Origin: a virus
Virus record (IMG/VR): IMGVR_UViG_3300030333_007172
Span: 1-64,000 of that record
Length of the DNA stretch: 64,000 nt
Direction: 5' to 3' (one strand)
Positions 31,034-40,661 of this stretch are shown piece after piece (positions within the stretch are counted from its first letter, which is position 1; every line of letters starts with the position of its first letter). The translations under genes were made by a program, and so were the position numbers. Under the pieces are notes generated by a model. The model did not search any database. It was given only the letters and a program-made list of their open reading frames with translations, and was not told the DNA's origin.

Positions 31034-31824
31034 TTTTCCTCCAAATTAAATATAGTTTGTTTTTTTGTTTCATAATCTTCCCAATAAGTTGTCTGTAAAT
31101 GTGTTGCATACTGTAACATTTGAAACCTTAGAGACGTTCTGATAGGTTTTAGATTGTGTCTTAAAAATTGTTTAGCCAGGGTAATTTCTCCCCCTTCGTA
31201 TTGCATTCCCGAGCTTTCTATATAGCAATTAGAATACTTGTCCATTGCACAACTGGCACCAAAAGCAAACTGATCTTCTACGTAAGGATATCCACCTTCC
31301 GTTATCCAATTCATTCTACAGGCGTTGTTTCCTTTGTGGTACAAATTAGTTCCCACATAAATGTTATTTTTATCACTACAGACATCTTTTAATTCACTAT
31401 TGTTTATTTTTTGTTGCATTAAAAAATCCATGCGAGAGCGAATAACAACATCATATACAAAATTGTTTTTTTGCTCAAACTCTTTTTTAAGAAGATTGGA
31501 GCGATATATTGAATAATACATAATAGCGGTTGTACGTGGGTGTATATCGTTTTGATATTGTTTACGAAAGTTCCAATCAGAATTAAAATCTTCTAATAAT
31601 AAAGTAATGTTGGAATTTGGAAATATATTAGCAAACATTTTACTCTTATTATCAGAATCATCCATAATAGAAGAAGAAAATCTAGTGTTGTGAGACTCTT
31701 TATTCTCATCCCATGTATGAATAAAAATATCGCAATCTAAATCCTTACATAAATATTCATTGTAAGAAAAGCCAGAATTTTGAAAATCTCTTATTAATCC
31801 CGAGAGACAAAGGGCTACTTTCAT
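31030..31824 (-). CDS. Putative glycosyltransferase
   Basis: MKVALCLSGLIR...IFIHTW...YDVVIRSRMD...DQFAFG pattern common in glycan loci. Confidence 0.55.
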   Translation of the reverse strand: MKVALCLSGLIRDFQNSGFSYNEYLCKDLDCDIFIHTWDENKESHNTRFSSSIMDDSDNKSKMFANIFPNSNITLLLEDFNSDWNFRKQYQNDIHPRTTAIMYYSIYRSNLLKKEFEQKNNFVYDVVIRSRMDFLMQQKINNSELKDVCSDKNNIYVGTNLYHKGNNACRMNWITEGGYPYVEDQFAFGASCAMDKYSNCYIESSGMQYEGGEITLAKQFLRHNLKPIRTSLRFQMLQYATHLQTTYWEDYETKKQTIFNLEEK

Positions 31825-32625
31825 TTACTCATCCTCTCCCGCATAACGATCTCCGCCATTATAATATCCATCCCACCAATATTCGCAATTAAATTTTTGC
31901 CACCACATCTTAATTCGAGGTAGTGGCCTAAAAATACTGTTTCGATGCTTTAAATAAAAATCAAGTGCCTCTTGTCGTTTGGGCGCGCCATCGAGCAAAT
32001 ATTCCTTCCAGTTTTCTAAATGATGTTGTGAATCTTGAAAGAATAATGCGAAATAATTTGCTCCAATATAAATTGGATTTCTTAAATGTCCAGTTTTTGT
32101 TGAAAAATCTACAGGCTCCGGCATAAGCGGCGGCTCATATGAGAGCGGCATGTTAAAAAGTTTGAACAAGTCTTCTTTGTATCCAATAAATACATGATCT
32201 TGAGGATGATAAGGATAGTTTATGTTGGTTGCAATAACAGCAATCTTACTACGTTGAGTTGTTCCGTCTAAACATCTTAGTGTATCTTTGTTGTCATGCT
32301 CTTTAAAGTAATTAATCCATGTTGTCAGCCCTTCCGGAGACATGATCTCATCAGAACGAATCTTAAGAACGACTTCATTAGTACATTGTTTCAAGCCGTT
32401 GCGCGAAGAAATTAGATGTAAATTTAAATTTCCGGGACCTTCGTAGTCAGGAAATTTGTTTTTTAACAAAACCACTCTCTCATCTTTTATATTTGCTTCT
32501 GTAACAGACTCACTATCCCATGTTGAAACTATTACTCTATCCACCATGGGATGATTCACATAGGAATGGGCGGCACTCACTGTCGCCGGCCAAATTCCGC
32601 CTTGTATTATAATATCTATTTTCAT
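31825..32625 (-). CDS. WavE-family LPS synthesis protein
   Basis: IDIIIQG, VIVSTW, NLNLHLISSRNGL, LKIRSD, YHPQDHVFIG. Confidence 0.75.
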   Translation of the reverse strand: MKIDIIIQGGIWPATVSAAHSYVNHPMVDRVIVSTWDSESVTEANIKDERVVLLKNKFPDYEGPGNLNLHLISSRNGLKQCTNEVVLKIRSDEIMSPEGLTTWINYFKEHDNKDTLRCLDGTTQRSKIAVIATNINYPYHPQDHVFIGYKEDLFKLFNMPLSYEPPLMPEPVDFSTKTGHLRNPIYIGANYFALFFQDSQHHLENWKEYLLDGAPKRQEALDFYLKHRNSIFRPLPRIKMWWQKFNCEYWWDGYYNGGDRYAGEDE

Positions 32626-32997
32626 TTAATCTCCCTTCATAATTCGATGGCTGTCTGAATCAAAATGTTCTGTAGAAAATTCAAACAATTCTGAGTCCTC
32701 TAAGGCAACCATCTGATGGCGTAATCCGCGATAAACATGAAAGTTTTCACCAGCATTTAAAACCAGTTGATTGGCTTTTGTGATATCGTCTTCGTCTGAA
32801 TAATATATCATCATTTTGCCAGATTGTAAATAAAACACTTCGTCTTTTAATTTATGAAAATGCCAAGAGCATCGTTTTCCTTGTTTAAAAAACAAAAGCT
32901 TACCACAGTATTCATTACAATTTACAATCCAACGTTCCCAGCCCCAGCCCTTGTCAACATGCTTCATAGGCAGTATGTGTGTCTGATCTTTGTTCAT
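32626..32997 (-). CDS. Cupin-fold sugar isomerase-like protein
   Basis: KGWGWE, CSWHFHKLKDEVFYLQSG, RHQM, FEFST; likely start ATG 32997. Confidence 0.75.
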   Translation of the reverse strand: MNKDQTHILPMKHVDKGWGWERWIVNCNEYCGKLLFFKQGKRCSWHFHKLKDEVFYLQSGKMMIYYSDEDDITKANQLVLNAGENFHVYRGLRHQMVALEDSELFEFSTEHFDSDSHRIMKGD

Positions 32998-32998
32998 T

Positions 32999-33334
32999 TT
33001 ACATTTTCTCCATTTGATCAAAATAATTGTCAGCAGGGAAGCCTTTATCATCGATATAAATGTCGCCGCCTGGTTTACCTAAAAACAGCCGGTGATATTT
33101 AACTCCCCAGCTTTCTAGTTGTTCCTTGGTTGGTTTTTCAAAAAATTGCCATGCAAAAGCTTGTGAGTTGTCAGATCTTCCCATTCCTCGCGCAGTTTGA
33201 AAAATTATTGTGTTTCCTTCATCGTATAATTTGTTTACAATTTTAATTCTTTCTCTTATCGGCTCAGCTTTAGAATAATCACCATCTTCAACTTTCGTGC
33301 AAATTGTGCCGTCAATGTCGAACACATAAATCAT
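32999..33334 (-). CDS. Small HAD phosphatase (capsule biosynthesis EcbF/BcbF-like)
   Basis: FDIDGTIC, TARGM, GKP.GDIYIDDK; likely start ATG 33334. Confidence 0.8.
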   Translation of the reverse strand: MIYVFDIDGTICTKVEDGDYSKAEPIRERIKIVNKLYDEGNTIIFQTARGMGRSDNSQAFAWQFFEKPTKEQLESWGVKYHRLFLGKPGGDIYIDDKGFPADNYFDQMEKM

Positions 33335-34115
33335 GATATTTCTCCACATCTTCTTTGGTTAGTGTATAAGTTCCCATGTGTGATACTGAAATCGAAGCCA
33401 TTTCATTTGCAAGAGGAATTGAGTGTCTAATTCCGCCTTTTCTTAAAAATCCGTATACAAGTGAGGCCAAGAAAACATCTCCAGCGCCACAGACGTCAAA
33501 TACTTCAACTGGGCTCACAATATGATATATAACATTTTTATGTTTGGCACCGTTACTTCCTAAAGTAACGACAAACTCAGAATCATTTGGTTGTTTTTGA
33601 ATTTCATTATACTCTTTTTGATTTATCTTCATAATACAGCTATAAAAACACGATAAGTCTTTCTTTTTAGAGTCTACGACGACTGGAATGTTGTTCTCTG
33701 CGCATTGTTGTGTTATAAGACGACACACTTCAGGCGAAAGAAACCCTTTATCATAATCACTAATAACCACTATATCATAATTTGTCAAGGGATCAATTGA
33801 GCTTATTTCTAATTCTTGTGTTTTTTGTGTTTCGTTAATATCAACTCGAAGCAAGTGTTGATGAAATCGCTCATCTATATACCGGTGCTTTTCAATAGTT
33901 TCTGTATTAGTGTGATAATCAACCTCTATTCCAAACGACTGAAGGTTGGACAAAACGTTAGCAGCCATTCCTGGTCGAGAATCTCGGCGTGTTTCTTTTA
34001 AAACCGGAACGGCCGCTTCTGGGCTTAATCGACTACAGCTACCATAGTGATAAATGTCTTTGCAGCTATCGCCTAGAAGTAATGCTCTGAATTGTTTTTG
34101 TGGTTGAGTATTCAT
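33312..34115 (-). CDS. hldA: RfaE domain I-like heptose-7-phosphate kinase (PfkB family)
   Basis: LLLGDSCKDIY.YG..SRLSPEAAVPV, GMAANV, ISDYDKG, DVCGAGDVFLA. Confidence 0.8.
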   Translation of the reverse strand: MNTQPQKQFRALLLGDSCKDIYHYGSCSRLSPEAAVPVLKETRRDSRPGMAANVLSNLQSFGIEVDYHTNTETIEKHRYIDERFHQHLLRVDINETQKTQELEISSIDPLTNYDIVVISDYDKGFLSPEVCRLITQQCAENNIPVVVDSKKKDLSCFYSCIMKINQKEYNEIQKQPNDSEFVVTLGSNGAKHKNVIYHIVSPVEVFDVCGAGDVFLASLVYGFLRKGGIRHSIPLANEMASISVSHMGTYTLTKEDVEKYHDLCVRH

Positions 34116-34467
34116 CTATTCTTTCAAAATATCCTAAAACTTTCGCATGCTCAGAACCAATAACAGGTTTGTCTTTCCAATCTGATCCTACAATCATATA
34201 ATCTGGTTGATAATTTGCAACCAAATTTGTCAACTCTTCGTCGCTATCAAATATGCGAACTTCATTTACCCATCGAAAGTTAAGTAAAATAAAACGTCGG
34301 GTTTCTTGTGAATTTATTGGACGACAAAAGCCTTTTAGTTCTTTAACTCGACGGTCAGAATCAATTCCAACCATTACATGGTCGCCCATCATCGCGCAAT
34401 GCTTAAGCATTCTTAAATGTCCGGGATGTATAATATCAAAACAGCCGTTGGTAAAAACTTTAACCAT
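34066..34467 (-). CDS. hldC: RfaE domain II-like heptose-1-phosphate nucleotidyltransferase
   Basis: VFTNGCFDIIHPGH, GIDSDRRVKELKG..RPIN, GSDW, YSTT. Confidence 0.8.
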   Translation of the reverse strand: MVKVFTNGCFDIIHPGHLRMLKHCAMMGDHVMVGIDSDRRVKELKGFCRPINSQETRRFILLNFRWVNEVRIFDSDEELTNLVANYQPDYMIVGSDWKDKPVIGSEHAKVLGYFERIDEYSTTKTIQSITSRR

Positions 34468-34481
34468 TGTATCGAAAACCT

Positions 34482-35459
34482 TTAAGTAATTTTGTCACAC
34501 CAATAAGTCAAAAGATCATTGAGAGTTTGTTCCAAAGTTATTTCTGGCTCCCATCCTGTAAGTTCTTTTAGCTCTGATGAATCACCATGTTGATAGTGAA
34601 TGTCAATAGGGCGATAGAACGGCTTATGAATTTTTTGTTCAACGCCTTCAAGCCCACTCAATTCTAAAAGTATATCAGTAAAGTGTTGCATTTTATAGGG
34701 AGTGTCTCCGCATACATTAAACACTTTTCCATTACAACTATCGCGCATCATGGCCAAGTAATAAGCATTAACTGTGTCTCTTACATCCACTACAACCCGA
34801 ACTGATTCTAGATTTCCGATAAGAAGAGTCTTATCCTGCATTCCTTTCATCATTCGTGCTATCTGGAAGGCGTCAGAAGAGATAGAAAAGTTCTTTCCGC
34901 GTCTTGGCCCCGTGTGAGAAAATGCGCGCGTTATAAAGCCTTTAAGCTTACCGTTTTCCATTCTTTCTTGCATGTAAAGATCTGTCGCCACTTTCGATGC
35001 ACCATATGGGTTTGCTGGAAGTAATGTGTCGTCGTGACGAATCTTGCGACCGTCCTGTCCTACGTTTCCGTATACTTCTGAGGTTGAGCAAAACATCATC
35101 TTGCAATCAGGCTGATTATCAGTAATTGCTTGAATTAAATTAGCAGAACCCATAACGTTGTTCTCAAAAGTGCCCAACGGATCTATAAAGCTTGTAGGGG
35201 GGTGCGATTGCGCTGCTAAATGAAAAACTCCATCAAACTCGTGTTCTTGAAAAATCCTATTTAACACTCGAAAGTTAGTTAAATCTCCATACAAAAATTT
35301 AATATCGCCATATACCTCATCAGATACAATATCTCTAATGTCGTTTTCACGACCGTTGCTGCACCTTACTAATCCACTAATTTCGTGACCTTCTTTGTGT
35401 AGCAGATTTGCAAGATGGGGGCCGGCAAAGCCAGTTATGCCAGTAATTAAAAATTTCAT
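34482..35459 (-). CDS. GDP-mannose 4,6-dehydratase / GDP-4-keto-6-deoxymannose reductase family SDR
   Basis: ITGITGFAG, HLAAQSH, STSEVYG, PYGASK, RAFSHTGPRR, DVRD; likely start ATG 35459; GMD versus RMD not resolved by eye. Confidence 0.8.
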   Translation of the reverse strand: MKFLITGITGFAGPHLANLLHKEGHEISGLVRCSNGRENDIRDIVSDEVYGDIKFLYGDLTNFRVLNRIFQEHEFDGVFHLAAQSHPPTSFIDPLGTFENNVMGSANLIQAITDNQPDCKMMFCSTSEVYGNVGQDGRKIRHDDTLLPANPYGASKVATDLYMQERMENGKLKGFITRAFSHTGPRRGKNFSISSDAFQIARMMKGMQDKTLLIGNLESVRVVVDVRDTVNAYYLAMMRDSCNGKVFNVCGDTPYKMQHFTDILLELSGLEGVEQKIHKPFYRPIDIHYQHGDSSELKELTGWEPEITLEQTLNDLLTYWCDKIT

Positions 35460-35502
35460 TTTCTTTCCTTTTTTATCAAACATATTTCGATGAACTGTCA
35501 TT

Positions 35503-36273
35503 TTAACTTATAAACAAATAGTCTTTGCGGGCTAGTCTTTGTAGCCAGCTAAAGTTTTCTTCATAACTTCTTTCGGGGTTATTTCTAGAGTAAATTGTTG
35601 GCACACACTTCAGTTCAATTTTTTCAAAAAGATAGAACGTGGAAGTAGATACTGTATCTATTCTATCAGCTTTCTCAAAAACTTGCAACCAATCAAATAA
35701 TAAAAATTGAGGATCCATAAACATATCAACTCTTTTATAGTGAGCAGGAACATTAATTTGTTTGTTTAAGATCTCATTCCATTGTGGTGGTGTTCCAAAA
35801 TTTTTATTAACAAGGTGATATGGAACATTTAATTGTAAGTGATTAAACAGCTTTTCTTCTCTCTCTTCGTTTCTTTTTAGCGTAAAATAGTCTTGCCAAT
35901 TATCGTGAGTTAACGAACACATAGCAAATTTACCATGCATGTTAGCAGCATCGTGGCTATCATATTGACTTATGTGTTGTCCTGCTTTTGAAAAAAAAGA
36001 TCGACGCGTGGGCACATGAATAAATTTAGGACCTTCATATACTTCTTTTAGCTCATGTGAACAGAGTTGCATGAATTCTTTTTTATATTCAAAATCAGAT
36101 TGAATATCTACAAACTCCACTCCTTCAACTTTAATGTAATCGTTAAAATAACTATACGTGTGAGAAATCGGCCATATTACACGGTGCCCCATTTGCGCAA
36201 AATGATGGGCTATTTTAGAACCCAATAAAATATCGCCTAAACCTGACGGCTGTTCAATAAAACAAATCTTCAT
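35503..36273 (-). CDS. Putative GT-B glycosyltransferase (GT9-like N-terminus)
   Basis: QPSGLGDILL motif; cluster context. Confidence 0.45.
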   Translation of the reverse strand: MKICFIEQPSGLGDILLGSKIAHHFAQMGHRVIWPISHTYSYFNDYIKVEGVEFVDIQSDFEYKKEFMQLCSHELKEVYEGPKFIHVPTRRSFFSKAGQHISQYDSHDAANMHGKFAMCSLTHDNWQDYFTLKRNEEREEKLFNHLQLNVPYHLVNKNFGTPPQWNEILNKQINVPAHYKRVDMFMDPQFLLFDWLQVFEKADRIDTVSTSTFYLFEKIELKCVPTIYSRNNPERSYEENFSWLQRLARKDYLFIS

Positions 36274-36275
36274 AA

Positions 36276-36881
36276 TTAAATTTTCTTTTTTGGAGAAATA
36301 AACAAATACCCTTCATGATCATAAATTTGCTTTATATCATGAGTGTCTGCAAATGCTCTCTGTGCAAACCCAATACCATCTGGGTGTGGGAAGTACCCTG
36401 GATAATCTTTATAGTGAGGCCATGAGTTACTGGGATATTGAAATGGCCCGTCGACGTAAATTCTTAAATCATCAATTAAAAAATAATCATTTTTAGTATC
36501 GCGGTTTTTTTTAATAATTTGTATTTCTTTTTCTAAAGGAAACTCAACATTATCATCTTCCCTATCGTGCAAAAAACGCGATCCAGGATCAGAAGGAAGA
36601 TGCGCATCTAACCAAAAAAAACAAGAGTCATGTTGTGATATACTTTGTACTATTTCTTCCATTCTTTCTTCAGAGGATCCAAGCCAAAGTTTAACTCTAT
36701 CCATATGTTTATATTTTTGAGAACCAAAATCATAAAACTTTTGATTAATCTCTACAGAGTGTAATTCTAAAAATTGTTTATATGTCAAAGCGTGATCTAA
36801 ACCGTAACCATTCTCTAGTCCAGTTTCTACAAAACATTGTGCATCAACCCCGCTTAAATCAAAGTGCTTTAAAATCCCCAT
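36276..36881 (-). CDS. SAM-dependent methyltransferase-like protein
   Basis: FVETG, LHSVEI, GSSE, FFWLDAH, LIDDLR. Confidence 0.65.
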   Translation of the reverse strand: MGILKHFDLSGVDAQCFVETGLENGYGLDHALTYKQFLELHSVEINQKFYDFGSQKYKHMDRVKLWLGSSEERMEEIVQSISQHDSCFFWLDAHLPSDPGSRFLHDREDDNVEFPLEKEIQIIKKNRDTKNDYFLIDDLRIYVDGPFQYPSNSWPHYKDYPGYFPHPDGIGFAQRAFADTHDIKQIYDHEGYLFISPKKKI

Positions 36882-37762
36882 TATATTTGTCCTTTTTCTA
36901 TCATTTTTTGCAAAAAATTAAAAATATTGTATTTTGTATAGTATAAATTTTTTGCTTCTAATACATGCGGTAAACGCTTGTCATAGTCATCATTAGCATG
37001 AATATCTTTAATTTGCTCGACTGTTTGTTCAATTGGTCCGCTAAAATCAATTTCAATAAAAGATTTAGGAGGGTATATGTCCCCTACATTGGGACACCCA
37101 TAGTAAATTGGCACAGTATTACAAACAGTTAAATCAAAAAACTTTTCTGTTAAATAATTTTTATAGCTAGAGTTTTCTATAGCAATTGAATACTGGTAAT
37201 CAACGATGGCTTCCGATTTATTGTAAGGAGAGCCTTTATACCTAGAATCTGTTAATTGCCAACGGCGTCCATAAAAATCAATATCTAAATCAGTTTCTAA
37301 TAACGCTTTAAACAAAGCATGTCTTTTTATATAGTTAAATTTATCTCCGTAATTAGATGAAATAATTGACATTCTTTTTGTTTTTTTAAAATCATTATTT
37401 AAATAAAAGTCATAAGAATCTGTTGATTCTGTAAACATAAACATAGGGTGTTCAATTATGTTAGGTGCTCCGGGATACATACTTTTATCTTGTGCTACAA
37501 CGTACCTGCAATATTTGTGTAAGTCTCTTTGCCAATTAGTAGACCACTCCGGCTCTAACATGAACCCAATCGTTTTATGTGGATTTCTGTAGTATTTGCT
37601 ATTTTTATTATTTAAAGCTCCTAATACAATTAGGTATTCATAATTTACTTCATCTAATTCAAAATAATCATTATCTGGCCAATTGCGAAAAGTTCTTAGC
37701 GCTACATTTTTATCAAAAATTTCATCCCACCAACAAACTATCCATATTTTAGTTTTAAACAT
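36881..37762 (-). CDS. GT10 alpha-1,3/1,4-fucosyltransferase-like glycosyltransferase
   Basis: YQYSIAIENSSYKNYLTEKFFD...VPIYYG is the GT10 signature. Confidence 0.85.
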   Translation of the reverse strand: MFKTKIWIVCWWDEIFDKNVALRTFRNWPDNDYFELDEVNYEYLIVLGALNNKNSKYYRNPHKTIGFMLEPEWSTNWQRDLHKYCRYVVAQDKSMYPGAPNIIEHPMFMFTESTDSYDFYLNNDFKKTKRMSIISSNYGDKFNYIKRHALFKALLETDLDIDFYGRRWQLTDSRYKGSPYNKSEAIVDYQYSIAIENSSYKNYLTEKFFDLTVCNTVPIYYGCPNVGDIYPPKSFIEIDFSGPIEQTVEQIKDIHANDDYDKRLPHVLEAKNLYYTKYNIFNFLQKMIEKGQI

Positions 37763-38442
37763 TAATATTTATCCCTTAAAGATGATTTAAGTCCTTTTAA
37801 ATTTGGATCCCGAACTGCTGATACACTTCCATGTTCAGTAATGGCTTTGGCCCAATAAACTTCAAAATTAAGTCGCTCAAATCTGTTATTGAATTCCCAG
37901 TCAAGAGGCTCTGTAACCCTATAGGAGCACATGCTCTTGTATAGGCGGCTAATTGCTTCTTTTTTATACATTACGGTGCACAAACCATTTGTAGCAGGAT
38001 GAGATTTTTTTCCAAATATATCTCGATTATCTCCTACTCTTAAGGCAGCTTCACCCATAAAAACACAATCAAATTTTATTTTCTGTTCTTCACATAATGC
38101 AAGAATTTTTTTAATGTATGTAACCGGGTCTTCTTTAAAAATTACATCGTCCTCTAAAATAAGATAATACTCTCCTTCCTCTTCTTCTACAATTTTTTTG
38201 AGAATATTTTGATATTTAATACACAAAGATGCTTCTCCGGGTTTTATTTCTCGATTGTGTTTTTTAATAAACGTTGAAGTGTCGATATAATCATCTCTGA
38301 TGGAGTCTGTCACGTCTTCTTGATCAAATTTTTCCATAAATTCATACGGAATATTTTGAAACCATTTCTCCATTTCAACAATCATATGCTTTTTGCGCTC
38401 TTCAAGCTTTGTATAATGTACTATAAAAATTTTAGATATCAT
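37762..38442 (-). CDS. GT25-like glycosyltransferase
   Basis: ERKKHM, GEASLCIKY, YLILEDDV, PLDW; likely start ATG 38442. Confidence 0.75.
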   Translation of the reverse strand: MISKIFIVHYTKLEERKKHMIVEMEKWFQNIPYEFMEKFDQEDVTDSIRDDYIDTSTFIKKHNREIKPGEASLCIKYQNILKKIVEEEEGEYYLILEDDVIFKEDPVTYIKKILALCEEQKIKFDCVFMGEAALRVGDNRDIFGKKSHPATNGLCTVMYKKEAISRLYKSMCSYRVTEPLDWEFNNRFERLNFEVYWAKAITEHGSVSAVRDPNLKGLKSSLRDKY

Positions 38443-39131
38443 TCTTTTACACAAAAAATCCATGCAATAACAGGATAATCAAATTCATTAAAACCAGGAT
38501 TAATTAAATCTTGATAAGTAGGCCAACTTAATTCTTGAAACATTTTGACCGTGTATTCTTTATTTCCCCAGCTTCCCAAAGAAAGTATTTTAAAACCAGC
38601 GGCCTCTGCAATACAACCTAATCCAGTAGGTGTAAAGCCGCTATAGTGGTGAAAAGGTGTCATATGAGGAATATTTACAACTGGCACATTACAATAAAAA
38701 ACTCCCCCAGTTCTCAGATGAGCGTAAACATTCTTAAGGCATTGAATAGGATCATATAAGTGTTCTAAAGTTTGATTTAGCATGCAAAAATCATAATCTT
38801 TTTCTTTTAGATTAAGATTGTGCAAATCGTTATTAATAGGATCTGCTTCATAATTAATTATTGTGCGCCCTTGTTTGTTTAAAAACTCAAATTCAGGATC
38901 GGAGTCGCCATTAAAACAAAGTAATTTATTAAAATTTAATTTGTTTGTTCTTAAAAATTCTTCAAATTCTAAAACAGCTATAACTCTTGCAAAGTCTTTT
39001 CCTTCCCATCTCCATTTATTTACATTTTTATGCATTGGCAAAGGGGTATATTTATAAGGATCAATAAGAATGTTTGTTACGTGATCCAGATAAGTTCTTT
39101 CAACATCTTTATTATTCAGATAGTTTTTCAT
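38439..39131 (-). CDS. Class I SAM-dependent methyltransferase (type 11-like)
   Basis: YDFCMLNQTLEHLYDP...LRTGGVFYCNVP. Confidence 0.8.
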   Translation of the reverse strand: MKNYLNNKDVERTYLDHVTNILIDPYKYTPLPMHKNVNKWRWEGKDFARVIAVLEFEEFLRTNKLNFNKLLCFNGDSDPEFEFLNKQGRTIINYEADPINNDLHNLNLKEKDYDFCMLNQTLEHLYDPIQCLKNVYAHLRTGGVFYCNVPVVNIPHMTPFHHYSGFTPTGLGCIAEAAGFKILSLGSWGNKEYTVKMFQELSWPTYQDLINPGFNEFDYPVIAWIFCVKE

Positions 39132-39915
39132 TTATAAATTGCCGCCACCAACTAATTTTTAACTTATTTAAATTATATTTGGTTTTTGTTACTTTTTTGT
39201 AAAAATCATTTAGTTTATTATAATCTACTTCGCTCCAGTTGTCAACAAAATAAATTGGAAGATCATCAAACTCTTTCATTTGTACAGTTCTTTTTACTAT
39301 AGGAATTGTACGAAGATAGAGAGCTTCCCAAACACGATGACAATCAACACCATTGCCTCGGGGAGATATTACAAACTTATGAGAAGCTAAATCAAAATAA
39401 TATTGCTCCATAGTTTTTCGTCCACTTACAGTTACCCAGTCACAATTTTTAAATTTATTCCATACAAAAGTTCTTTCATTTAATGAAGTTTCTAAATTAA
39501 AATTCATATAAACAAGCTTGTTTTTTTTAACATCATAATGATTTAGTTTATCAATTAAAGTTGCTTTCTGCAGCGCGCCGGGGACTTGAGAAGAAAATAA
39601 ACCATTTTGAGATGCTGGGGAAGTTCTCAATGTCATATTTTCTAACCCTATGGGTATGGGGATAACTTTATCGCTCTTAACACTTTTGTTTTGAGCAAGC
39701 CAATAAGAACATTCGGGGCCTATTGCATAACGTTGGTTGTCGATATGATAATCACTATTATGTGTAACAAAAACATTATGATTAGTTTGAACAAACGCAT
39801 TTAAATAATCAGTTTTGCAAAAAGTAGCACCAGTTTCATCACAAATATCAATAAATCGATTCCCTGTGATATATTCGTTAAAGCTAATTCTGTGATTGAG
39901 AAAATATTCTTTCAT
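39112..39915 (-). CDS. Exostosin (GT47)-like glycosyltransferase
   Basis: KFVISPRGNGVDCHRVWEALYLRTIPIV. Confidence 0.75.
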   Translation of the reverse strand: MKEYFLNHRISFNEYITGNRFIDICDETGATFCKTDYLNAFVQTNHNVFVTHNSDYHIDNQRYAIGPECSYWLAQNKSVKSDKVIPIPIGLENMTLRTSPASQNGLFSSQVPGALQKATLIDKLNHYDVKKNKLVYMNFNLETSLNERTFVWNKFKNCDWVTVSGRKTMEQYYFDLASHKFVISPRGNGVDCHRVWEALYLRTIPIVKRTVQMKEFDDLPIYFVDNWSEVDYNKLNDFYKKVTKTKYNLNKLKISWWRQFINEKLSE

Positions 39916-40661
39916 AGCGTAAGTGTATCGTAAATTTTTTCTATGTAAGGTTTAAAATCATTTAATGGTCTTGGGAGGTGAATATCCACCACATTATCAC
40001 TCCACAGTAATTTGAAAAAATCAAAATTAACAATGCCTTCACGATCCAATCGACGACCGCCAATAAGTTCATTGTTTAACAAAATTTTAAGATTTAATTC
40101 TTGTATTCTTGTAAACATAAAAACTTCATCACTAAACCAAAGTTTTTTATCTTGTAAATGAGGTGGCAATCTAAATTGAAACTTATCGGTATTAAAGTCT
40201 TTTTTAATAATTAACTCTAAAAACTCTGGCCACGAAAGCCCTAAAAACAACTTTTCATATAAAGAGCCGTAACCACAATAGTAGCATAGTGGAAACTGTC
40301 CAAACTCTCTTCTTTCAGGATTTAAATGAAAGAAAGAATCCTCAGTGCAATAAGACTCAATACGCTCTTTATTAAAGAAAGAGCGACTAACAGGAAACAT
40401 ATCTATATCTGACACTATGCATATTTCGTTAGAAAATTTTTGTGTGAAATATATTCTTGCTAGTTGCGCTTGCAGGTGTGTTGGATAAGCTGGTATCTTT
40501 TTAACGTAGAGTATATCATTTTCAAACGAATTCGTTTCTTTTGTGTTGCTGATTAAAATCAAACAAGGGTCTATATTTAGTCTTTTTCTCCAGACATCGC
40601 GAGCGTATGGCCAAAAATCATAATAAAACGGGTTTTCATCACAGGATAACAAGACTTTCAT
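39912..40661 (-). CDS. Putative GT-A glycosyltransferase
   Basis: AQLARIY, DXD motif SDIDMFP, WFSDE. Confidence 0.55.
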   Translation of the reverse strand: MKVLLSCDENPFYYDFWPYARDVWRKRLNIDPCLILISNTKETNSFENDILYVKKIPAYPTHLQAQLARIYFTQKFSNEICIVSDIDMFPVSRSFFNKERIESYCTEDSFFHLNPERREFGQFPLCYYCGYGSLYEKLFLGLSWPEFLELIIKKDFNTDKFQFRLPPHLQDKKLWFSDEVFMFTRIQELNLKILLNNELIGGRRLDREGIVNFDFFKLLWSDNVVDIHLPRPLNDFKPYIEKIYDTLTL

